Part shown: positions 35,901-42,216 of the stretch, piece by piece
Position numbering within the stretch: position 1 is the first letter of the stretch
Layout: the number at the start of each line of letters is the position of its first letter
IMG/VR virus record: IMGVR_UViG_3300028840_006004
Coordinates: 1 to 64,000 of that record
Strand: one strand, 5' to 3'
Source of the DNA: a virus
DNA length: 64,000 bases
Translations under genes and position numbers: made by a program
Notes under the pieces: generated by a model
What the model saw: only the letters and a program-made list of their open reading frames with translations
Database searches by the model: none
Told to the model about the DNA's origin: nothing

Positions 35901-38361
35901 ATTCTTTAAGAGCTTTGGTCAGCATTTCCCATACAGGATATATTTTACGATCATTCAACGCCTCGAGTATTACCTGGCTGGTTGAATTTTTGATCTTTTT
36001 CATTTCCTTTTGGTAGGCATCTACTGGAACAACATCACCATAACGTTCCTCGATATTCTTCTTGGCTTTTTCAGAGATCAGTACATCAACTGCATACAGA
36101 CCGTTCATTTTTTCAGTGAATACTTGAGAGGTAGTAACCTCAACACCATCAACTACATTGGTCTTTTTTTCTGTAAGCATTTTCTCATAAGCATCATTAC
36201 GTTCAATCCAGGCTTGAATTTCCTTTTCGTCAGTAATACGCTTAACACCTATTTTATCCCATTCAGCATTAAGAGCCTGCTCTCTCGCTTCAGGTTCTAA
36301 TTGCTCATTATCCATAATCGCCAAAATCCCTTTAAGGGATTTGGTTGTTTCTTTTGTCTGTAAAAGGTCGAACAGAAAAGATTTATCACCTCCGAGTGTT
36401 TTTATTAACTCAGGATTATCCAGATTATGTTCATTGATTGCGGCAACATAATATTCAAGATCTTGACGGAAACCTACTTTAACATCATCTCCGACATTTT
36501 TTTCGAGATGGCCCATCTTAACCCAGCTGTCCACCATACCATCAATTTTATCGAATACGGTAGGATCATCTTTGGCTCTCATAGCAAGATCCATCATCTG
36601 TTGTCCCTGGCGATTTTGACCTGCAGTAATATTATGAGCGATACCCATAGTAAAAGTAGATGATAGAAACGCAATAGCAGGCTCCTCCCAACTGAAACTC
36701 TCATCAAGCGTTCTGGATCCATCGAGGATACCTTTAGAAAATTCGATTTGACGCTCAATTTTCCTCTTCTCTTTCTCGTTCACACGATCAATTGTAATAC
36801 CATTGGAATTCTTCATGGCATAATCACCACCAGGTAGCGGATCGAATGTAGCACCTCCATTCTTACGGAGATTATTTTTAGCCATATTCCTTTCAATAGC
36901 ATTAAAAAGCGAAGCGAAAGTCATGTGACCTACACCCTCAGCTGCCTCTTCAAAACCTTCTTCAACACCTGCGCCTACAGCTTTGCCTGCTCCTTTAAGC
37001 AATCCTTTTCCCGCAGCCATCTTATGAAAGTTCCTTCTCAAAGCTCCAGTATATTTATTGGCCCAGAATCCTTTTGCCGGCATTTCTAATGCTTCAGCTT
37101 CAGCTAATCCTTTTACCATTCCTCCGGACACATCCTCGATTACTTCGGCTGCAGAAACTCTACTGAGATTATTAAATATTCTCTGTCCTTGCTTCACACC
37201 AAATCTTTGTACAAGGTTAGCTGAGATAATATTTTCTGAACCGTGAGTAATAAGTCCGAACATTAATCCCATTGCTTCAGCCTCCTGGGCTGAGTATCCT
37301 TTTCTGACAAGATCATTACGTGTAAGATCATATACTGTAAGAGATCCTATACTGATTGACATTTGAGTAGCAAGTTTGGTTCCGACACCAGCTGCGCCCA
37401 GGGAGAAACCTGATGCGATCATCGGTAAGAATTGACCAACTCCGTCCCAAAATGAATACAATATTGAATTGGCATTATCAAACACACCTACAGCTTCGTC
37501 ATAATTTTGACGTTGCATTGCTGAGGCTGCATTTGACCATTGGTTCGCAAGATCATTTAATTGACTTGCGTTGACCGCTTCTGTATAAGAACGATCTGTA
37601 CCGACCATCAAAGCCGGTGCTGCAACAGCATTAAGTACATGGAGTAATCCACCTCCAGCCTGAACAGTTTTTCCTACTGCGCCAGAAATAGTACCTCGAG
37701 ATGCAGATCCTAACCAGGTAGAGTTTAGCTCCCGCGCTCCTCCTACCCATTCATAAGGTTTAATCTTAGCAGGATCCCCGAGCTCACCATCCTTGAGCTC
37801 CCGATAAACCCATGTATTTAGTTTTTCATCCCACTCATTCTGAAGTTTATTTGTGTTGGAACGTTTGTCGTATTCCTCTAATGGAAGAAGAATACCATTA
37901 CGATCATAATAAAGCTCATTCTTTTCAGCGATCTGATCCTGATGTTCTATGATTACTGGTTGTTCAAGTCCAAGAAAATTGGCATAATTGGAAGGGCCTG
38001 TATTAATCCAGGATTCATCTTTATCGAACCATTTTAACTGGCCTTTCTCAGCCTCGGTTCCACCACCCGTATCATAAGTGCCTTCATAATCATAAAGATT
38101 CCACCTGCGGTTTTTATAAATATCAAATTCCGCCTGCGCATGACCATAAGCAAATTTAAGATCTTCTTCAGGTATTTCCTTATCGGTTTTTGACTGCATT
38201 AAGGTAGAGAATTCCTCGTATGATTCGAGCTCTACCGGTAAATTGAAGTTTTTTTCTGCCTGGTAGATTGCTGTCAAGTCATGTTCCTGCATACGCGATT
38301 GGACATAATTGATCGCTGTTGGCTGCCTACCCTGGCCGTCACTTCCTGCTAATTTTGTCAT
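17929..38361 (-). CDS. giant (6810 aa) virion-packaged polyvalent protein containing a crAss-type DNA-dependent RNA polymerase
   Basis: GSDYDIDEL (about aa 4680, nt 24310-24324), RIPTTN and TDG motifs; SF1 helicase motifs GYAGSGKS, IIYEE, LGDEGQ and TAVSRA; HESLH and HEIRH zincin-like motifs; located after the ejection genes. Confidence 0.88.
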   Translation of the reverse strand: MTKLAGSDGQGRQPTAINYVQSRMQEHDLTAIYQAEKNFNLPVELESYEEFSTLMQSKTDKEIPEEDLKFAYGHAQAEFDIYKNRRWNLYDYEGTYDTGGGTEAEKGQLKWFDKDESWINTGPSNYANFLGLEQPVIIEHQDQIAEKNELYYDRNGILLPLEEYDKRSNTNKLQNEWDEKLNTWVYRELKDGELGDPAKIKPYEWVGGARELNSTWLGSASRGTISGAVGKTVQAGGGLLHVLNAVAAPALMVGTDRSYTEAVNASQLNDLANQWSNAASAMQRQNYDEAVGVFDNANSILYSFWDGVGQFLPMIASGFSLGAAGVGTKLATQMSISIGSLTVYDLTRNDLVRKGYSAQEAEAMGLMFGLITHGSENIISANLVQRFGVKQGQRIFNNLSRVSAAEVIEDVSGGMVKGLAEAEALEMPAKGFWANKYTGALRRNFHKMAAGKGLLKGAGKAVGAGVEEGFEEAAEGVGHMTFASLFNAIERNMAKNNLRKNGGATFDPLPGGDYAMKNSNGITIDRVNEKEKRKIERQIEFSKGILDGSRTLDESFSWEEPAIAFLSSTFTMGIAHNITAGQNRQGQQMMDLAMRAKDDPTVFDKIDGMVDSWVKMGHLEKNVGDDVKVGFRQDLEYYVAAINEHNLDNPELIKTLGGDKSFLFDLLQTKETTKSLKGILAIMDNEQLEPEAREQALNAEWDKIGVKRITDEKEIQAWIERNDAYEKMLTEKKTNVVDGVEVTTSQVFTEKMNGLYAVDVLISEKAKKNIEERYGDVVPVDAYQKEMKKIKNSTSQVILEALNDRKIYPVWEMLTKALKEWGPNGLQSVIDAHNSRAQESNLENLDLQSPLAEMARIEGETFDFEEVLEQPPKKGKAAAKVAKPLTVLRKELADMKARKKRGSKDEGLDAQIAEWEEEIRIQEEAGVSETAGREVATTIEEGEGKPAVLFPKKTGLGIVDAINEVIARGEYGRQMIKKGQRLNTEINKYIENAVKVFGNVKAMLYDETAVGVFTGALEQGKRAVEIMNLIYDNAVEVIEGKPVETGIGDDIVDEGDLAQRVADVEQFNTKRDAGILAKYEGTIDAMPEVVMQEHLREMLRNAPQTIKDLFEIDEDGRSQAFRDAKIGTYKLGLLLGMLNNKFTLSNGAETSIADIINDAQIVFGNPNLPIDNGAEWINKLDIADQLLDTITTMMELMVDVTQNHIEKLPSGQGNEHSIYHQDDNSKWRLDPFGEERQFIDEFVKRFKKVINDSWKMDKRLESASTERESVKVKLGNQSRMLHHMRSVAIDAGNDDIKHKLTKDDIATVTNKSRKISEIIKKTISKYKTTSDVENADNDHVYPEQLYPLYYNSIYTSDGKSPEKNSVKAAIALIDKELMDIEEIFSGKLGGFIEHVKKTSNNELPYISTEIADEPVYNMSSGTYDGLASVRKYDDGRVVWKSFSDYKKEGGKKSASEYIQEQKFRQEEYEYSLYTFSYFQFLSVANSLGNGKTNTRRQMLAQAEKLNLNNLTKANNDDLETFEQLDAIVDVVAFMQSQDKEDWNYPEGTREMLIDHTLFVRGYAGSGKSAMVAKNALLYYAALENKAIDVLYIIPTKGVEKIHSDAVEEINTRLSEIGSEATINPVFIPAHDLVNNEDLYKDADIIIYEEGSTIPAPDPVEENAKEEGNLLRSWQREHKKRVVILGDEGQVKSLNNSHALYPVDNFGEKTNALNQIFRTGIIYIRALQEGYRRALGVTTEQIDEAIGTTETKWKTSPDGNVGVRYIKRTEGLDQIVQNFLDQVEFAEANETGKTQMLLVPTYANMEQLIDKYGDRLGMHKDKIFTLEYDAKKIRQDSKRFKYNASGLKADQVFIPFDMASMLEGDAGLFALPESGGREGDAVAIMLTAVSRASQYVEMFGNPEISGKVTDNTPISGYSTTIETDEDVLARLTAQRMERAAYFEIVGTEEKEVTDEEEGTDKKKKKKKRKGKKKAKLDDLYKVDSQMYFGDGGYNIDDAEAAFKKTTETKTYPGFRHASDIAAQWLQDKQEKTESQILENKQLKERRAIFDVAFQRVIAKEDEVESIENLLDSLIRKYRPMNKEEKDADKENQGKGTARWNGRVNGFKRRMIAVAQEVAETMGYNEFSVHRPNIKPKDLDIQGSPYMIKTVGYDENGNPIVDIFTRTYTLHPRELNKYGQALAHTYRFIAEEKGWIVNNVYNVNIADSKSWIEIEKSDLPAEYFVDQVESTDVPIEDVAKAIGLKRTEFRIADPTVLFALKRKIDVAHLGDGVDIFTSDPIVEKETGEAYFVRDLLLDKNGLIANLENQVTGEIITVPQSYLTHNIWNPVEGTPELIRERSAIEYKTDRTIYVTHMLAPQSSPDFNEAEWKKKMGSGANMFNRKKNKWFDLKLKSLDAITKLPAKMSVLDKIYRVSAVYTVPNRSTRSYEGEIYNNVFEIRFTEEQLDFVAKEIGISKKQMKELGLDFVGIDTPAEARVPNNKDKKFSDNWLSKVPEFNKWLGMPFKDAKQAVYAYLEDSFAKSIKNQELLENTIDMNVAKFVQVHKAHNNQTPGTTGTKVTIEKNLLMPSRAQRMSFIGLLEQMQNDGFSLVQDLDDEGFITPLKYSRDKRGGRFNILISFKDPDGNIVDVIFDAAPMKRAPKSNESDIDVIKSFFTGATQELKKYDALVQEIEEMWNEDIEDNPEFKALTKRAQDGIVRESLISRWMDANSEMATSMIASDPNLERFFKTKEVTSKSGVTYKNIQVKGGTYKQRLLNLKAAVPHIIKAIENRYADQNGNLTATTKIAGRSRPLRFYYPVIVRDDDSKKVNVEYLTTNTIGVNQSVARSKSANIGPKPKDAKTGQEDIGQTSDNDNPFQTGFKKYGKKWVPGQTTYISKEAALQRIAQLIGSENAQKYLGFEDGLIIYKGTAHWGIVKNGLMKIAQISKGIEGTTPDHESLHFVIEYLMGDKQRISLINAAKKELPAGATYGDAHEYLAEKFEYENYRPTTYIGRVLLQIKKWLYSKFKLFSSDIQTILAQVDDGYFANNEYKIPSNPEAIIFPKVADIENEFNTDIVRKQKTFLFGSNENIDFWAERNIAPMIFSFYGIGKSVSAKEKFAGVHSFQSAVQKVYQTLMEYHDYYMSRREAGKVFRYFDGSEIIEGEEKPYVVYGEIPNSVYIAVSKTMRELKNKSLSIYKDVEQASYAENKKLIDAYIIQELTRPASKQATNPAGKTIFYNLVQTIFGNVDMTKTTKSGDPFFTLEGNIIADKEQESPSKNVSSFLTAMFNSTRLREYRLTANGVSDDFYGDDNYMDAYLMLDELFKASERLVSRGRDVNIDTILESIREKRDNIAPGKVRRNLHTFLVEFGGEIANSTKLNKQAPLEDTTNLATPMGTISGVGYYYLEKNLEAFIEDYFDKFDAPSSYTEQLIAKAYNFKKVSALIESATRGIMNMRRVKISRAGRYSNITEYGNEVATMIHGDLRDGIQNKFYQGRSGSVSQSVIDDFTGENPNIRIDGTGLYMNIDGQMRQLISLDTSKPVVGYEETESLNNYAKQVLQYITDDSSITADIAEAIILNQGKEFRIPNYARDIYVMYLALYSAVLNTQDFNETGDLQNEEIVWTKSEKTKAIDAQLEKIYKVYPNDFQLSDPAREDGIQLFSPVDAHRFIRNNIAYQMANVESQSRDKVQMMDDGTIKQSRETTTNLYEYFLTDGENGASDEYVNNMIQEAERIAQESSVEVPGVSMIRGKVTWRDPLMNRKVFIQPLGTNDSIAMGNRVIMANDMSAYEYIRSMFILTKDEFAKKKDVNWFPVFAEMIGDKGKIPFTKIKYGENPLFKGQLDRKRNLKILEIDEAQLVNILNDFVEHDHKQKELTLKNWKKATGLDENGTIPIWEDKVKNIKTRKAMDLEFALVKFRDYKKQGDNYVIGNGYSQEYSPYTKINLAQWRSMMAKGDVAGMMKVIESAFADRVLAFEKWLGDVFVGDSEAIIGEEASEMLSTKKFNSINKALSELSKIKGRKRTYDSLAKMVSGYKNNTIQRSDAIKIYQTIKAEYDIDIARLKSDKGKNDFNEKYYPHIAEIRDLLFSDNLNKSTDALNMAKVLFWNHHIFNKTLNQNIRGGVENFNDLSDYVKRGKGFDAIGKTFSRRYMGKKIRSLTTVDPVMFNKIFSETVEKTTRQDEKDYVLTAATDGLVPLNPVLLELMRRSKGYEMGPVTRSSQKTIYYGYKITEDKVKQLKMSMFAPQFDKMSDPFYLSMMKTFLGSEWTDEMLESEEKFEFHIHRLADEIYDELGRSDGEFSAAMNNMIGWINFDLAMKNGTEKVHYLQDGLFKPEWNNDKEVDILDADSLRLQLYTGNFVFDNQKQIPTQELYIIGVGEHNTERVAILNKALSNIAEDGAKFYEKLGTLASQYIRAKAAKNVSRTNESSKMAEIINDGEITLDVWRRKAVSTLASDSNKYLKPTLPGSALVQVPYREAIYATRKGKLYTEGNQPTDWKERGYIKRSLNPIKFWKKEGNTLVPYESREELLKDSTLGLKIYVTPQEVIMPFVHQHKFGISTGKSASKLFTIRTAKGYKNRRTDISQMIHNSSQREAEILTSFYEGWDTDKILNPENLDPDIIRYIKKKAPNVVDEGDRKKVIYQIAKYFSQLNHAMDVFTVRIPTTNASSGFPSRIVEFSYGYDNTIFTSPEKNILDGSDYDIDELHTFHKPLFQDLGGEEAIEDPETGEEVATDKQRLYEHRATIFNAMWDYYYQPKNVKAVLQRVTTETVSKLADQEAKADQYYPDDLYSAAMLRDRSIAGKKLVGHYANLQNALSKILHIPADLRFTLTTKGSVVRGKSERNPGVSFDDVLKLIGRVSEMINAATDNDSLGGALGKIGFTEYTSPLVSGMIYMGKTLEEIVAVTNHPDIRAMENSANKARLTGFVSRSIWKGDQGLAKKVEKAGTKEEKDQYEEWLQYAYIGEKLRRMNTIIGLQQGIDGNEWGLYNTINQVESALGQSVEDFIAGEDPDINSQINYIGQNKISDEELEKDRGAEAEIRSTATGFDLRGIIKATPQFIQYINVLANLKKVYGETFIIGFQSDFFKEVLETSGQRTLRNEKAFNSLMSELEHVAISQFLSTEVEIVRMGDQTYELSDPAARQQFVIDMQDYVKEIRAIGKYPLNSFISKLKKKASKGPIPIYNLSGSEGASMETLRDLKENGFQKLTDDDKQIFRIYNALVYGFTRKDGNMSGATDSEFEQQFTNWIEEADVNPFDSIDPRELYARAAYILNPFGKQFKSSSENLLPESVEVVDNQFFPLNVPYSPLINTYPGDPDIKTYNHIPVFRKLSMEELEQLGEKEVTLKIFKHGVSLRARDRNKSTAVNRIYKGDLVFLIDGGTARIVDADKNTVTIKRESKAKTHGTPNVTHMPDPTNAENISRQQAATLVSSMKSKVARLFPNLKVVEVSNSNTLIPGAASYIDKGIVYINRDMITPDTKPHEIRHLYLVFLRESNPGAYNRLRRAAISLLDNNDPFAKYVAVKHSFLENDAIVEEVIVAYMNIDSEEELIAEYEAMDIRNGRNQATGVWNAIKNFLRDAWKSILDVLKNAFGIAPSVDIAHNTIKEFAVKAQRAMNNNEVISQITSTDLNRLMYAMVTHKPNQIRTVKDLLRWIVSNGDLEEGTEQIERRELIYALNTINRFQGKVPDYYTGKKENFDLDGLTINSPAVKKFNKDMKNRSKKITNNIATALSDIGGYFSSSDKQEWLNRIFGKIDKKNVVQKSAFDKFLNEIGWVEGKVYVKLKDLEAELGLGNIVPAEFAEDNIIISIDYNNEEQNERVISIIDLEQTMTQKSNKDNGILEPLIGKNDQRLLGVSLSKNASDQSGIKMALIANHIMKADPSIKVREAGYARLWKNRKNFYSVNLTHMNTQILKMGKIPAFKGLLGNELKKSFSRKGVVDPTFNWAIYLKALWDEYQIKGRGNLPDAMKNINELTPYEKIKLYTERMRQLVDEYIEGGMKGSPQFWKEIDYLRGAITELKLPDISARQLNPYEEIGNIERYLYGVQNIGEENSILIQSLILQAEKKISREQDKQKKIMHKALDRWQEITGISTVSALNKSKKNYEKLFDTITQDGKTWRTGAIYWTDVVDDSMSEQEKALARRARDKNLTKEELEVGKMLVDQIEDLMVKSVLHYRNNIYSNYNYDVKNGKEFTYEDAKKELYENSAFYRGFIPMMDSTVDEKIARGRLYRATKKQITQMSDISTIFEESPNYAANFEDEKLVRQIQDRLFSQIAYGTYNAEAATEYGSLQRTEELLGLKLEADKEGNNIWILENADTNDNLSYDIENLMDYLILTTVRTPMYEIDVLPIINGVKLWLEHRREIRGEETLREIEEYIEMTTEQSVLGRKRNLNMKVAGVSVDKVLSTIDMVARPIVMAINPSVAVISGVANTTKTYIEAWSNKIANTPYFGPKEVNQAFLKLLNKNEFAKIMQIGMEYGVINRSEFDMAHFQKWKKLDKAILSDYWSNYLNWTVDSKSRLIAMVAQMIKEGSYDAHSINSDGDMVYTEAKDERWKGEGGATLKEAMRKKLQLDGEDVSGALPLGYDTESSNTFKALSDMYIVGEFDKKTASILSNYAFGQSILFLNRWLVSAWHNAFGKPGRFKQQGGVLTLEKDSQGNPLKDEEGNYIPKWERLSAEGYVNTFWKWALYQVSNMKNPDRVKWSQMDAWQKRNIAKFGITMSILGAANLIFLALRYIKVGDDDIPIADLRPMQPVKLAINSLLVLPQVIQLLTNPLAGTSILTRGFTTAYGDLDYRNLRNLIPGRKAYQWVDEPIDIITGESIAEHLFE

Positions 38362-40907
38362 TCTTCTTTATACTTTAAACTAAATGCATTTGTTAATGAT
38401 TTTGGAGTTTCGTCTATTTCAGCTCCTCTTACTTTTCTGTTTTCTGCCCATTGCTCTGTGGTGAAATTCTTGTCCCTTATTAACCAGAACGGAATCATGT
38501 ACATACCCTCAAAGGCATCTTCTTCAGCCTTCAGACTTTCTGTAATACCGAACCGGCCTAAAGCCTTCAGATATTCGCGTATTTCAGGTCTTCCTGATTT
38601 GTACATACTGGCAACTGAATATTTATCCACATCACCATAGATCTCATGGTATTTATGCTCTTTTCCTTCACGATCAGTCCAGCCGTACTTTTCAAGATCA
38701 TCTTCACTAACGACAACCATAGTTTCTGTGTACAACTCATTTTTACCTCCGAATCCGAGCCCTATTGATTTTTCTCCTGCAACAAAGAAACCTGACTTCA
38801 TAAGTTCCTTCTGTCTTGTTACAGGATCATAATAATAAACATCACCTGCACCGGAATATTCGCCTATATATGGTGAATACTCATTCATGCTGGTAATATC
38901 TTGTCTGATGATATCTATTGTACCACCTTTACTTGCTTCCATTATAATTTTATCGCCAATATCCTGCTCAGCTGACGGGCCAACTGCAGCTGCAATATAG
39001 TTGTCAACTGACCATAATTGCTTTTGTTCTTGAGTTGAAAGATTTTCTTTTGCCCATTTCTGAAAATCGGGATGACGCATCACTGAACCCCAGTCCATGT
39101 GTGCAATGTTATCCAATATAAAACCGTGTTTTCCGCTTACTTGGATACCAGCATCATATTTAGTCTGAACTTCTCCTACTTTACCAGCAACACCTGGTCC
39201 GGATCTTCTATCGATACCACGATCGATACCGCCACTGATTGTTCCCTGATGGATTTCAACGAATGTTTCTCCTTGAAGAATTTTAGGATTTTTTGTTAAC
39301 GCAGTAATAAATTTATCCAGGATATCACCCTTGCTTTCTTTTATCAGATAAGGTGATATTCTTTCCTGATAACCATTATCACTCCAGAATTTCATTTCAT
39401 CAAGTTTGTTACCCTGAGTAGCAACATACTCCATTGCTCTGTCAACTTTTCGATCGCTACTCAATGTATATGCGGCAGCATTACCAGCTAAGTAGTCATC
39501 AGCTATTTTTACACCTGTACCATCAACAACTTTGCGATAAGGTGAAGCGAGAACCGGAAACTCAAATTTACCTGTCTGAGCAAGCCTGATCAGTCTACCT
39601 GCAGCATACTTAAATTCTTTTCCTCTTGGGATTTTATAATATGATGATAGAGCTGTGATCTCATCTCTCATCTGCTCTTCCAAAAAGATTTGTCCTTTTG
39701 CATTTGAGGTGATTATTGATTCTTCAGCATTGGCAAATAGCAAAGAATTTTCTACAAGAAGTCTGTTGGAAAGCAATTTCTCGTACTGGGCTTTTTGTTG
39801 TTCAGTAAGAGTTTCATCTGCTTTGACAAGATCAATTATTCTTCCAGTGTTTCCGAGCAGGAATTCATCAAATGATTCTATTCCAACCTGGTCCTTGATA
39901 TCAGAAAGCATTGTAAAAGCATTATTGTAACCATCTCGTTCTATCTGTGTGGCTTTTCTCAGGTTATAGGCTCTCTCATCAGCTTTGTTATTCAGCATTA
40001 CTGAACGATTCCTTTGTAAGGTAGGATCATTTGGAACATAGTTTTCGTGGAATTGCTGTATCAGGTTTCCAATTTGCTCTGAATCCATTGTAACAACATA
40101 TCTGTCACCATCTTCTCCGACTTTTGTTGTGCCATGCATTTTAGCAAGCTCTTCCATTGCTGCATAATATTCTCCAATATCCAGGGCCATCACGTCATCA
40201 AAACCATAACCAAGCGGAAGAAGATCTTGCATCGCTATACGGGCTTCCTTATTCAGATAGAATGGATTTTTATTCTCAGCGATATAATTTAACAACTGTT
40301 CACCCTTTAAGTTTTTCACCTCAGGATCTTTGCCGTCAATTCCAAGATATGCAAGCGTTGTATTTCTTTCTCTATCAAGTGCAGTAACAAGAGCTTCGCC
40401 TTTAAGTACATCATCAGATCTCATACGATTTCCAATTGCATCATACAATGGTGTACCTGGTGCCATCTGATAAAGATCACTCTCTTTAAACTCGCTCATT
40501 TCTTTTTGAGCCAGAGCGTGATATTGCTGAACCCTGTTTCTTTCCTGGATAACTTTTGCAGTTGCATTATGGACAGTTCCCTGTTCGTTTTTCCAGAATT
40601 CCTGGAAGTTTCCTCCATATTGATCAAATGTTGCTTGTAATGCAATATTAACATCAGCTTCAGCCAGCTCAATATTTGTCTTCATATTAAAATAATCAGA
40701 AACTCGGCTGTCAAAAGCATCAATTTCTGCAGTAAGATCATTACCCGGTGTTTCGATAAAATCTGAAATATCGAAAGCCTGTTTTTGAACTGCTTGCGAT
40801 CCTGATTTTTTACTACTTGATTGCCTCAAGGCTCCTGCTCCTGAAGGAATACTAAGAGCGTATGATCCATGGACCAGACCTGAAGGGCTATTTTGCTGTT
40901 GTGCCAT
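38358..40907 (-). CDS. putative ejection/cargo protein
   Basis: 849 aa, helical-looking; lies between muzzle and vRNAP as in crAss-like phages. Confidence 0.55.
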   Translation of the reverse strand: MAQQQNSPSGLVHGSYALSIPSGAGALRQSSSKKSGSQAVQKQAFDISDFIETPGNDLTAEIDAFDSRVSDYFNMKTNIELAEADVNIALQATFDQYGGNFQEFWKNEQGTVHNATAKVIQERNRVQQYHALAQKEMSEFKESDLYQMAPGTPLYDAIGNRMRSDDVLKGEALVTALDRERNTTLAYLGIDGKDPEVKNLKGEQLLNYIAENKNPFYLNKEARIAMQDLLPLGYGFDDVMALDIGEYYAAMEELAKMHGTTKVGEDGDRYVVTMDSEQIGNLIQQFHENYVPNDPTLQRNRSVMLNNKADERAYNLRKATQIERDGYNNAFTMLSDIKDQVGIESFDEFLLGNTGRIIDLVKADETLTEQQKAQYEKLLSNRLLVENSLLFANAEESIITSNAKGQIFLEEQMRDEITALSSYYKIPRGKEFKYAAGRLIRLAQTGKFEFPVLASPYRKVVDGTGVKIADDYLAGNAAAYTLSSDRKVDRAMEYVATQGNKLDEMKFWSDNGYQERISPYLIKESKGDILDKFITALTKNPKILQGETFVEIHQGTISGGIDRGIDRRSGPGVAGKVGEVQTKYDAGIQVSGKHGFILDNIAHMDWGSVMRHPDFQKWAKENLSTQEQKQLWSVDNYIAAAVGPSAEQDIGDKIIMEASKGGTIDIIRQDITSMNEYSPYIGEYSGAGDVYYYDPVTRQKELMKSGFFVAGEKSIGLGFGGKNELYTETMVVVSEDDLEKYGWTDREGKEHKYHEIYGDVDKYSVASMYKSGRPEIREYLKALGRFGITESLKAEEDAFEGMYMIPFWLIRDKNFTTEQWAENRKVRGAEIDETPKSLTNAFSLKYKEE

Positions 40908-40909
40908 GG

Positions 40910-41881
40910 TTAATATATCGATGGTTTAACTGATTTTCCTCTTAACATATTTGTTACAATACGCTTCTCTCTATCTGTGAGCTGTTCATAAGGTATGTTA
41001 GGCCTAACACCGGGAATACCTTTCTTAATTTCTTTGTCTGCCTTAATAACTTCTTCGGTGCTGAATGGTATATCGTCAATTTCTTCTTCCTGATCAAGAT
41101 TAAATTTAGTTGCGTCCTGAGTGTAAACATAATCATTCTTGTCAAGTCCGATATTTTTCATTTCTCTGTTCATCACCTCAAAATTAAATAACCCGCTTTC
41201 ATCCGCTGTTTGATTTTGAGGATGTGCCGACCTCCAAAGATTATAATCATCAACTTTTTTCATTTTATTAAAATCGTAATCTATAAGCTTTTGGCGTTCA
41301 GAAAGTCCTTTTATTCCAAGCTCCGCACTCAAGCGATTAGCAGCGTCCCTTGAAATAATATTCGACACATTTGCAATCCTGCCGGTAAAGTCTGACAGAG
41401 CTTTGGATTTCATTCCAGCCCTGGCTCCTTTAGCGCGAAATTCCATTTCTGCATCTTTAGCAGCCATTTGAGTATTTACAAGGTCTGCTTTCATTCCAGC
41501 TTCAAAGTTAAGCTGAGCTTCAGTATCCCTTCTTTGAACATCAAGCTTTGCCTGTTGCTCATCAATCGCTGCTACGCCTTTCTGGAACCCTGCGATCAGA
41601 CTTGCTCCAACATCCTGACCTGTTTCTCTTGAAAACTTCAGGTTTGTCAAAAGAGCTTTGTTCAGATCTTTCATTGCTTCTCTTCTCACATCAATACCGG
41701 TAAGGCTGATTGTGCGGGGAGTCATTCTGGCTGGTGGCTCATATTTGACTTGATTGGCAAGATTTGTTTGGCCCAGATAATCACCTATGCCAAGAGCGGT
41801 CTGGAGTGTTGCTCCAGCTAATGTAGCATCCTTGCTATATTTCTCATAGTCTTTAAAAATATCTTCGTATTTACGTGCCAT
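40910..41881 (-). CDS. putative ejection/cargo protein
   Basis: Ala/Gly hydrophobic N-terminal segment, coiled-coil-like body, gene order. Confidence 0.55.
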   Translation of the reverse strand: MARKYEDIFKDYEKYSKDATLAGATLQTALGIGDYLGQTNLANQVKYEPPARMTPRTISLTGIDVRREAMKDLNKALLTNLKFSRETGQDVGASLIAGFQKGVAAIDEQQAKLDVQRRDTEAQLNFEAGMKADLVNTQMAAKDAEMEFRAKGARAGMKSKALSDFTGRIANVSNIISRDAANRLSAELGIKGLSERQKLIDYDFNKMKKVDDYNLWRSAHPQNQTADESGLFNFEVMNREMKNIGLDKNDYVYTQDATKFNLDQEEEIDDIPFSTEEVIKADKEIKKGIPGVRPNIPYEQLTDREKRIVTNMLRGKSVKPSIY

Positions 41882-41892
41882 AACGGTATTTT

Positions 41893-42216
41893 TTATGCTG
41901 TTTCTTCTTCTACAAGCTCTTCATCAGGTTCAGGTTCTTTAACCTGCTTGGTTCCCATATTCATTAATCCACCAAGAGCAACGGTGAATTGTCCAGTTCC
42001 CATTAAACCTCTTTTGAGCTTTTCGTTTTCATCAATTATGTTACTATGAACCTGTTCGTTTAATGAAGCAACCTGGTTGCCGAACAGACCTGCATTTCTC
42101 AACGATATCGGATCTGGAGAGAATGTTTTGTGCGTTTCGGTTACATTCTTAGTACCAATCGCTCCAGCAGCTATTTCTGCAGCTGTTCCTACTGCCTGTG
42201 TTATTAATCCTATCAT
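41893..42216 (-). CDS. small putative ejection protein
   Basis: Gly/Ala-rich hydrophobic helices, gene order. Confidence 0.5.
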   Translation of the reverse strand: MIGLITQAVGTAAEIAAGAIGTKNVTETHKTFSPDPISLRNAGLFGNQVASLNEQVHSNIIDENEKLKRGLMGTGQFTVALGGLMNMGTKQVKEPEPDEELVEEETA

